Source: Psychrobacter sp. DM4
GTDB taxonomy: Bacteria; Pseudomonadota; Gammaproteobacteria; Pseudomonadales; Moraxellaceae
Direction: 5' to 3'
Assembly (NCBI RefSeq): GCF_051307035.1
Contig: NZ_CP195536.1
Span: 1,080,001 to 1,112,000, forward strand
Length of the DNA: 32,000 nt
The notes beneath the pieces were generated by a model. That model was not told the DNA's origin. It searched no databases and saw nothing but the letters and a program-made list of their open reading frames with translations. Numbering within the stretch: the stretch's first letter is position 1; every line of letters starts with the position of its first letter. The position numbers were made by a program, and so were the translations under genes. Shown here piece by piece: positions 1-7,198 of this stretch.

Positions 1-138
1 ACAATACTTATCCAATGGCGCACCAAGTTTGTATGCCGCAAATTCAAAACATCGGTCAGTGGTTAAATAAAGTTCTAGCCTAGTTGTTACGATGCTTAGT
101 TTTGGCTGTAATTATATGTAATGAGCATCGAGCATAGG

Positions 139-168
139 TTGAATTACACCCACTACTTAATATATAAT
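139..168 (+). promoter_or_regulatory. Candidate sigma70 promoter for ssrA (TTGAAT-18 nt-TATAAT)
   Basis: ttgaat at 139..144 and tataat at 163..168, read directly. The -10 lies about 14 nt upstream of the mature tmRNA 5' end at 182. Confidence 0.45.
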
Positions 169-181
169 AGCCAGTCTTCTT

Positions 182-540
182 GGGGATGTTCTGGCTTCGA
201 CGCTGGTGATGAAACTCAATGATGCATGTCGAGAGTATATGTCCTCTCGTTAATCCAACATATATTGTTATAGTCGCAAACGACGAAAATTACGCTCTAG
301 CAGCATAAACCCTGCTTACTAAGTTGCTGATCACCTACAGTTGGTCAACTAAGTTGAAGCGTCCGCATGTAGGCTCGCCACAAGCGATTGTCTCAATTGC
401 TTGGGTTCAAAAGTAGAGAATCGTTCAATCCATCCTGACTGTCGGATCGGTGCGAATTAAAGCCAAAGACAGAAACTAAACATGTAGATTCATGAGCGTA
501 ATGCTGGCGGACGCGGGTTCAACTCCCGCCATCTCCACCA
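182..540 (+). ncRNA. ssrA: tmRNA (SsrA), one-piece form; tag frame 276..308 encodes ANDENYALAA-stop
   Basis: 5' GGGGATGTTCTGGCTTCGACG and 3' GGACGCGGGTTCAACTCCCGCCATCTCCACCA form the tRNA-Ala-like acceptor/T-arm. Internal frame gca aac gac gaa aat tac gct cta gca gca taa is the canonical gammaproteobacterial degradation tag. Confidence 0.95.
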
Positions 541-554
541 AATATTATTAAGAA

Positions 555-584
555 AGTCAGTCACTTAGGTGGCTGACTTTTTTA
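555..584 (+). terminator. Rho-independent terminator of ssrA
   Basis: Stem agtcagtcac / gtggctgact (one mismatch), loop ttag, followed by tttttt. Confidence 0.7.
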
Positions 585-715
585 TTGACATTGTTTTGAC
601 ACCATCAGCTTAAGGATAATTTTTGCCTCAGCACCAGAGAAGGTAACAATGTAAATAGTCGCTTGATTTGACTTTGAATTAAAGAAGGTTCAAATTAACA
701 CCATTCGTTTTAAGC

Positions 716-748
716 ACAAAAAAGCTGAGCCACTGCTCAGCTTTTTTA
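716..748. terminator. Bidirectional hairpin terminator, serving the aminotransferase gene on the minus strand
   Basis: agctgagc-cact-gctcagct flanked by an A-run on the left and a T-run on the right. Lies 27 nt beyond the stop at 775. Confidence 0.65.
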
Positions 749-774
749 TTATCTATAATTGGCAAAAAATACAA

Positions 775-1971
775 CTAGCCTTTTAATATTTCAGCCATAG
801 CATTAGCGACATAGTCAATATTATCAGTATTTAGACCAGCTACACACATACGAGAATTGGATACCATGTATATACCAAACTCGCTTTGTAGACGCTCCAC
901 TTGTTCAGGCGTGAGTCCTGTAAAGCTAAACATACCGTTTTGATCCGTCAAGTAATCAAAATTGCGGTCAGGAACGTGCGCCTCTAGTACTGATTTGAGT
1001 TTGAAACGCATGGATTTGATACGATCACGCATAGCATAAACTTCGCCAACCCACTGCTGATGTAACTCATCATCATTCATAACGATATCGACAACATGAC
1101 CACCATGTGACGGCGGGCTTGAATAGATACGACGTACGGTAAAGGCCAATTGACCAAAGACGCGCTCAGCCTCGTCAGGAGTCGGACAAACGACAGATAG
1201 ACCGCCAACACGCTCGCCATATAGCGACAAGTTCTTCGAAAATGAGTTACTGACAAATAATGGCAGCCCCATATCGACCGCTTTACGGATGGCGTAGGCA
1301 TCACTGTCCATATCTTCGCCAAAACCTTGATAAGCGATATCCATAAATGGAATTAGTTCATGCTCTTGAATCACGTTTAATACGGTATCCCACTGCTTGC
1401 GTGTCAAATCGACACCAGTAGGGTTATGACAACACGGATGCAAAAGTACGACGTCATTCTTATTCAAAGTTTTGAACAGTGCGATCATCTCATCGAATTT
1501 AATACCGCCTGTAGCCTTATCATAATAAGGATACTTGGCAACTTCAACATCACTACCTTCAAAGATAGCAATATGGTTGCCCCATGTCGGATCGCTAACG
1601 TAGCATTTAGACTGCGGGAACCACTCATTGATGAACTCAGCACCAACTTTTAGCGCACCAGAACCGCCGATAGTGGCAATGGTAGCGACCAGATTATCTT
1701 TTAATATTTGCGCGTCTTTGCCAAATAGTAGGTTCTGACAAGCCTTACGATGTCCAGGCAAGCCCTCCATCGGTAAATAGGGGCGAGGAGACACCGGATC
1801 AGCGATGCGCTTTTCTGCGATTTTGACGCATTCGAGTACCGGCAATTTGCCGTTCTCGTCGTAATAAACACCAACGCCCAAATTAACTTTGTTTGGGTTG
1901 CTATCTGCAACGAATTTATCTTTTAGCCCCAAGATAGGGTCACCAGCATAATAGTCGACACGTTCAAACAT
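775..1971 (-). CDS. tyrB: Class-I PLP aminotransferase, aromatic-amino-acid/aspartate type (TyrB/AspC family), 398 aa
   Basis: N-terminus MFERVDYYAGDPILGL resembles E. coli TyrB/AspC. SFSKNLSLYGERVG carries the PLP-lysine motif. AAGGA SD 7 nt upstream of the ATG. The TyrB versus AspC assignment is uncertain. Confidence 0.9.
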   Translation of the reverse strand: MFERVDYYAGDPILGLKDKFVADSNPNKVNLGVGVYYDENGKLPVLECVKIAEKRIADPVSPRPYLPMEGLPGHRKACQNLLFGKDAQILKDNLVATIATIGGSGALKVGAEFINEWFPQSKCYVSDPTWGNHIAIFEGSDVEVAKYPYYDKATGGIKFDEMIALFKTLNKNDVVLLHPCCHNPTGVDLTRKQWDTVLNVIQEHELIPFMDIAYQGFGEDMDSDAYAIRKAVDMGLPLFVSNSFSKNLSLYGERVGGLSVVCPTPDEAERVFGQLAFTVRRIYSSPPSHGGHVVDIVMNDDELHQQWVGEVYAMRDRIKSMRFKLKSVLEAHVPDRNFDYLTDQNGMFSFTGLTPEQVERLQSEFGIYMVSNSRMCVAGLNTDNIDYVANAMAEILKG

Positions 1972-2333
1972 ATTTTTTCCTTAAAATTAAAACCGCTAAA
2001 AAGCATAAACCAGATTGGCGATGAACTCAATACGCCTATAGAGATTTAGGTAAATTTACAGATAGACAAATTATACTATAGTGAAAAAATTTTCTAAGGG
2101 TAATATAAGTTTGCTTACAATAAGTTGCCGATTACTCAGAGTTTTGCACTGATACTACAGCGTGCATTGAAACATACAGACGAGGTAATACTATCCTTTG
2201 CTATCACCTTCAATACGCTTCTATGAAGTGAATGATGGAATTTGATCTATCTATCATAGGCATCTGACGCGAACAGGTAATAAATCATGGTTGTTTGTTC
2301 GAGCAACGAAAATAAAGCACACCCAAATGCTGT

Positions 2334-3332
2334 TTAAATCACCATACGCGAAAATTTGTTTTGATATTCTTTTGGCGTCAGCTCTGTTGCTCTTTTAAAC
2401 AAACGGGTAAAAGAGGAGATATCACTATAGCCCACTTGGTAAGCTAGCGACTTTATAGTCACTTGTCCTGATTCTAATAACCGCTTGGCCTGCTCAATTC
2501 TAACCGCCTGAATGTACTCAATAGGGCGCATCGCTACGCAAGCTTGAAAACGTCTGTTCAAGGTGCGCGGCGTGACATTGACCATTGTGGCTAGATCGCT
2601 CACTTGTAGTGGCTCATTGAAATTGCCTTCAATAAATTCTTGTACCTGCTTAACCAGCGTATCGGTATGCGACTTATGAATCGTCACATTGGTATAGCTA
2701 TTTTGACTGCCGCGCTTGCTATCGATGATCTGTGTTTTTGCAACCTGCGTTGAGACCTCGCGCCCGCAGTAACGCTCGATGAGTAATAGCGCCAAATCAT
2801 AAAAAGCACTGCCGCCTGCCGCACAAAATATATTACCCGATTGAGTGACAAATTGATCCTCTTGCAAGTTTACCTGCGGATATTCGTTTTTGAATTTATT
2901 TGCATAACCCCAATGCGTGGTCGCCGTTTTGCCATCCAACAGCCCAGCCGCCGCTAAGAAAAAAGCGCCACTACAGTTACTCGCGATATCGGCCTCAGTG
3001 CTGGCAAGACGTTTTAGATGCGCTAATAAAGCACTATTTTGCGTCAATACTTTATCGATAGAATCACCAATGGTTGGAATGAGTAGCAAGTCGCATTCGA
3101 TCACTTGGGCAATATCGCAGTGCGCTTGCATGATGAGACGGTTGCTACATTTGATGTCGTTTTTGCCAAGGCTTGCGATTTGTACCCTAAACTTTGGTTC
3201 TACTTCCAAATCTAAAAATCGCTGCCAGCTGACTCCTGTAAACGAGAACAAGTCTAACGCGCCAGCCAGTACGCTACTAAGCACGCCATCAAATCCAAGA
3301 ATGACAACTTCAAAAGGTTTTTGGCTGGGCAT
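2334..3332 (-). CDS. GlxA-family transcriptional regulator (DJ-1/PfpI-like N-domain plus AraC-type HTH), 333 aa from ATG 3332
   Basis: Class-I glutamine-amidotransferase-like N-terminal half and C-terminal AraC HTH (RTLNRRF...YQVGYSDISSFTRLFKR). I prefer the internal ATG at 3332 (MPSQKPFEVVILG) because AAGGAG sits about 10 nt upstream. The ORF-track start at 3410 adds 26 unlikely residues. Confidence 0.85.
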   Translation of the reverse strand: MPSQKPFEVVILGFDGVLSSVLAGALDLFSFTGVSWQRFLDLEVEPKFRVQIASLGKNDIKCSNRLIMQAHCDIAQVIECDLLLIPTIGDSIDKVLTQNSALLAHLKRLASTEADIASNCSGAFFLAAAGLLDGKTATTHWGYANKFKNEYPQVNLQEDQFVTQSGNIFCAAGGSAFYDLALLLIERYCGREVSTQVAKTQIIDSKRGSQNSYTNVTIHKSHTDTLVKQVQEFIEGNFNEPLQVSDLATMVNVTPRTLNRRFQACVAMRPIEYIQAVRIEQAKRLLESGQVTIKSLAYQVGYSDISSFTRLFKRATELTPKEYQNKFSRMVI

Positions 3333-3510
3333 TAGATTTGATCTCCTTGCTCTAATTACTAAATAAACAATTACTAAACGAGCGATTGCTAAATGAATGT
3401 CTTTTTTCACCTTAATTATGTCATAAATGACAATACGGTAGGGTGGTAAATTAGATTATTATTGATTAACCACTCATTTGATCTATCCGCTTCACTACAG
3501 AGAGAAGACT

Positions 3511-5331
3511 ATGGCGACCGATACCTTGATTAATGCTTATGAATTACCGTTTCAATTGTACGATGTGCTGGGCGCTGAGAGCTTAACCGAGCATCCTAAA
3601 TTCGCTGAGCACAACCGTGAGACCTTTGATGCTGTCCTTGAGACTGCGGACAAGATTGCGACCAATTTATTTTTGCCGCACAACCATGTCGCTGACAAAG
3701 ACGAGCCACAATTTGATGGCAAAACAGTCAGCATGATTGACGATGTCAAAGTTGCTTTTGATGCGTTTCGGGACTCGGGATTTATCGCTGGCCGCTATAG
3801 TTTTGAAGATGGAGGAATGCAATTGCCAGAAACGGTAATGACCGCAGTGGCGGGCTACTTTATGGCGGCCAACCCTTCAACGACGGCGTATCCGTTTTTG
3901 ACGTCAGCGGCGATAAATGTGATTACTCATTTCGCAAGCGATGAGGTCAAAGACGCGTTTATGCCGCGCATGCTCACAGGTGAGTTTACTGGCACAATGG
4001 CACTGACCGAACCACACGCAGGATCATCGCTATCAGATATTAGAACGACAGCGACTGAGCAAGAAGACGGCTCGTATCGTATTAAAGGTAGCAAAATCTA
4101 TATCTCAGGCGGCGATCATGAATTGTCTGACAATATCGTGCATTTAGTACTAGCCAAAATCCCGGGCGGACCTGGCGGAGTAAAAGGTATCTCGTTATTT
4201 GTGGTGCCTAAGTATCGCTTGTTAGTGGACGGTTCAATCGGCGAGCGCAACGACGTCCATCTAACAGGCCTGCTACATAAGCTTGGCTATCGCGGCACTA
4301 CATCTACGGCGCTGAGCTTTGGTGATAAAGGTGAATGTTATGGTTACCTAGTCGGCGAGCCGCACTTTGGTCTACGTTATATGTTTAAGATGATGAATGA
4401 GGCGCGTATCGGTGTTGGTTTTGGCGCGGCGATGATCGGCTATCGCGGTTATCAGTACTCGCTCGATTACGCCAAAGACCGTACCCAAGGCCGCATTGCT
4501 CCTAACAACAAACCTGAACATGATGCCACTGCTATCATCAATCATGGTGATGTTAAGCGTATGCTACTTGCGCAAAAAGCCTATAGTGAAGGCGGTATGG
4601 CGCTATGTCTCTATGGCTCAAATTTGATTGATCGCATCAATACTACCGATGATGAAACGCATCAAGCCGAGCTATCAGAATTGCTAGATTTGCTCACGCC
4701 AGTGATCAAAGCATGGCCTTCTGAGTATGGACCCAAAGCCAACGACTTGGGTATTCAAGTTTTGGGCGGCGCGGGCTACACCCGTGAATATCATGCTGAG
4801 CAGTTTTGGCGTGATAACCGACTCAATCCCATTCATGAAGGCACAAATGGCGTACAAGCCCTTGATTTGTCGTTTCGTAAGTTATGGCAAAACAAGGGAC
4901 TAGGTATTCAAATCTTGAAACGTGAAATCACGCAAGATTTGCAAAGTATTAGCACCCCTGAGTCTGCAAAACTTGCGGGTAAGCTTGTGCCCTATATGGA
5001 GCATTTGCATGAGGTGCTAGTGCATTTAAGCAAAATACTCCCGACCGAAAAAGCCATTACCCTTACTGGCAATGCGCAAGCCTTGATGAATATCTTTGCC
5101 TCTATTGTGGTCAGCTGGATTTGGATTCGCCAAGCGAGTAAAGCTGAGCAACTCCTTGCCAAAGAGTCAGAGGCTACTACTCAAGACCAAGACAAACAAA
5201 ACTTTTATCACGGTAAACTTCAAGCAGCGAAGTACTTTATTGATTGGGAACTACCTACGATTCAGCGCGATATCGACTTATTAAATAGCGACAATGCGGT
5301 ATGTACAGACATGCAAGCGGAGTGGTTCTAA
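3511..5331 (+). CDS. Long-form acyl-CoA dehydrogenase (about 600 aa, with extra C-terminal domain; DmdC/FadE-like subgroup)
   Basis: ACAD motifs (TEPHAGSSLSDI, YISGGDH, QVLGGAGYTREY) plus a roughly 150-aa C-terminal extension typical of 590-600-aa ACADs. ATG at 3511 is preferred over TTG at 3478. Confidence 0.85.
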   Translation: MATDTLINAYELPFQLYDVLGAESLTEHPKFAEHNRETFDAVLETADKIATNLFLPHNHVADKDEPQFDGKTVSMIDDVKVAFDAFRDSGFIAGRYSFEDGGMQLPETVMTAVAGYFMAANPSTTAYPFLTSAAINVITHFASDEVKDAFMPRMLTGEFTGTMALTEPHAGSSLSDIRTTATEQEDGSYRIKGSKIYISGGDHELSDNIVHLVLAKIPGGPGGVKGISLFVVPKYRLLVDGSIGERNDVHLTGLLHKLGYRGTTSTALSFGDKGECYGYLVGEPHFGLRYMFKMMNEARIGVGFGAAMIGYRGYQYSLDYAKDRTQGRIAPNNKPEHDATAIINHGDVKRMLLAQKAYSEGGMALCLYGSNLIDRINTTDDETHQAELSELLDLLTPVIKAWPSEYGPKANDLGIQVLGGAGYTREYHAEQFWRDNRLNPIHEGTNGVQALDLSFRKLWQNKGLGIQILKREITQDLQSISTPESAKLAGKLVPYMEHLHEVLVHLSKILPTEKAITLTGNAQALMNIFASIVVSWIWIRQASKAEQLLAKESEATTQDQDKQNFYHGKLQAAKYFIDWELPTIQRDIDLLNSDNAVCTDMQAEWF

Positions 5332-5379
5332 ATCATCATTTAAAGTGTGATAATTAACCAAAACTTAAAGGACTAAATT

Positions 5380-6183
5380 ATGACTACAAATGGACTGAAA
5401 TCAAGCAACCTAACTGAGCTACCTGCATCAAACGTCGCAGGTAAACGTATTTTAATTACAGGTGGCGCCTCTGGTATTGGCGCAGCCAGTGCGCTACTAC
5501 TTGCCAGTCGCGGTGCAAAAGTCGTCATCGGTGATATGAATGAGGCGCTTGGTGCTACTGTCGCTAAGCAAGCACAGGACGCTCATCATAGCATTACCTT
5601 TAAACAGGTAGATGTCACTAGCGGCAACGAGGTCAGAGCGCTATTTGCATTTGCTATGCAAGAGCTGGGTGGCCTCGATGTCGTTATCAATAATGCAGGC
5701 ATCGATCATAAGCCGGCGCCAATGCACGAGCTAAGCGATGATGATTTTGATCGTAATATCGCGGTAAACCTCAAAGGCGTATGGCACTGTATGCGTGCAG
5801 CGGTTGGTTGTATGGCGACTAATGGCGGTGGTCACGTGATCAATGTTGCCTCTATTGCAGGTCTGCGCTCAGCACCGCTACTAACCGCTTATAGTGCCGC
5901 CAAACATGGCGTTATGGGCCTGACTAAATCGGCCGCTCATGAGTATGCACGAGTTAATATTCGCTTCAATGCGGTGTGTCCCAGCTTTATCGATACGCCA
6001 ATGGTACAAAACACCATGGCAAAAATGGATGAGCGCGCACAACAAGCGACGATCAAGGCCAGTCCACTTCGCCGTTTAGGTAGAGTCGAGGAAGTCTCTA
6101 GTGCGATCGCTTGGCTTGCCAGTGATGAGAGCAGCTTTATGAATGGTCATGCCTTTACTTTAGATGGTGGTATGTTGGCTTAA
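5380..6183 (+). CDS. Short-chain dehydrogenase/reductase (classical SDR), 267 aa
   Basis: TGGASGIGAA cofactor motif, NNAG, catalytic YSAAK. AAAGGA SD. Confidence 0.9.
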   Translation: MTTNGLKSSNLTELPASNVAGKRILITGGASGIGAASALLLASRGAKVVIGDMNEALGATVAKQAQDAHHSITFKQVDVTSGNEVRALFAFAMQELGGLDVVINNAGIDHKPAPMHELSDDDFDRNIAVNLKGVWHCMRAAVGCMATNGGGHVINVASIAGLRSAPLLTAYSAAKHGVMGLTKSAAHEYARVNIRFNAVCPSFIDTPMVQNTMAKMDERAQQATIKASPLRRLGRVEEVSSAIAWLASDESSFMNGHAFTLDGGMLA

Positions 6184-6252
6184 GGGTGACGCATTTACAA
6201 AAATGACCACTTTATTGGTACGATTAATTTATAAAATATACAAGGGAAAATT

Positions 6253-7014
6253 ATGAAAGATTTATTTGATTTAACGGGTAAGATTGCATTAGTCACAGGT
6301 GCAAGCCGCGGTATTGGCGAGTCTATTGCACGTCTGCTGGCATCACGCGGCGCGCATGTGATTGTCTCTAGTCGCAAAATCGATGCGTGCCAAGCGGTCG
6401 CTGATAGCATTGTAGAGAACGGTGATAAGGCTAGTGCGTTTGCGTGTCATGTCGGTGAGATGGATCAAATCGAGACTATCTTTGCACATATCAAAGATGA
6501 GTTTGGACGCATTGATATTTTAGTCAACAACGCGGCGGCCAACCCTTACTATGGTCACATTTTAAATACGGATTTAGCCGCGTTTGAGAAAACCGTTGAT
6601 GTTAATATTCGTGGTTACTTCTTTATGTCAACCACGGCAGGTCAGATGATGGCCGAGCAAGGCGGCGGGGTCATCTTAAATACCGCGTCGGTCAATGGCA
6701 TCGTCGCAGGGGACAAGCAAGGTATCTATTCAATTACTAAGGCGGCCGTCATTAGTATGACCAAGTCCTTTGCCAAAGAGTGCGGCCCGCTTAATATTCG
6801 TGTTAATGCGTTACTGCCAGGTTTGACCGATACTAAGTTTGCCTCAGCGCTCACGACCAATGACAAAGTATTGAAGATGGCACTACACGCGATTCCATTA
6901 GGACGTGTCGCTGATCCCGATGAGATGGCGGGAACTGTGCTGTATTTGGTCTCTGATGCCTCAAGCTACACGACAGGCGCTTGTATTCTCGTTGATGGTG
7001 GTATGCTCGCTTGA
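6253..7014 (+). CDS. Short-chain dehydrogenase/reductase (classical SDR), 253 aa
   Basis: TGASRGIG, NNAA, catalytic YSITK, C-terminal GxxxxVDGG. AAGGGA SD. Confidence 0.9.
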   Translation: MKDLFDLTGKIALVTGASRGIGESIARLLASRGAHVIVSSRKIDACQAVADSIVENGDKASAFACHVGEMDQIETIFAHIKDEFGRIDILVNNAAANPYYGHILNTDLAAFEKTVDVNIRGYFFMSTTAGQMMAEQGGGVILNTASVNGIVAGDKQGIYSITKAAVISMTKSFAKECGPLNIRVNALLPGLTDTKFASALTTNDKVLKMALHAIPLGRVADPDEMAGTVLYLVSDASSYTTGACILVDGGMLA

Positions 7015-7015
7015 T

Positions 7016-7049
7016 AATTTATTGCTTTAAAGCTTTAAAGCAATAAATT
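7016..7049. repeat. 34-bp perfect palindrome immediately after the SDR stop codon
   Basis: aatttattgctttaaag | ctttaaagcaataaatt, read directly. AT-rich. Confidence 0.8.
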
Positions 7050-7055
7050 ATAAAT

Positions 7056-7092
7056 AAAAGGAACAGGATTATCCGTATCCTGTTCCTTTTTT
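7056..7092. terminator. Bidirectional rho-independent terminator between convergent genes
   Basis: ggaacaggat-tatccgt-atcctgttcc with aaaa upstream and tttttt downstream. Confidence 0.8.
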
Positions 7093-7198
7093 AGTGCATC
7101 GAATTTAATGTATCGAAAATTGTATCGAGCAAAGGCCACACGTCAGTGACCACTTCTCTTAAAGTTGAATAAGACCCAGCCAAACAAGCCACACTTCA

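Noticed and set aside
1-81. Possible 3' end of a plus-strand gene truncated by the window start
   Set aside because: All three forward frames are open for only 20-27 codons before a stop, and none gives a recognisable C-terminus. The evidence is too weak to call.
585-715. Possible small RNA between the ssrA terminator and the 716..748 hairpin; two TTGACA hexamers at 585 and 596
   Set aside because: No -10 element lies at a workable spacing from either hexamer. The hairpin is adequately explained as the bidirectional terminator of the aminotransferase gene.
182-760. Genomic island or prophage integrated at ssrA, or at tRNA-Gly at 23689..23763
   Set aside because: There is no integrase gene and no direct repeat of the tmRNA or tRNA 3' end anywhere in the window. 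The flank of ssrA is an ordinary housekeeping gene.
1077-1910. Track ORFs 1077..1322(-), 1426..1653(+) and 1701..1910(-) inside the aminotransferase gene
   Set aside because: They lie entirely within, or antisense to, a well-supported 398-aa CDS. Their composition is skewed and they have no SD sites. They are shadow ORFs.
2917-3366. 149-aa plus-strand ORF antisense to the GlxA-type regulator
   Set aside because: It is the antisense shadow of a confidently identified CDS. The sequence is Ala/Ser/Leu-rich and low-information.
3478-3510. Longer N-terminal extensions given by the ORF track (3478 TTG, 3410, 9379 TTG, 13398 TTG, 22213, 23993, 30639)
   Set aside because: In each case a downstream ATG has a better-placed Shine-Dalgarno sequence, and the extension adds residues atypical of the family. 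I used the downstream starts. The true starts remain unverified.
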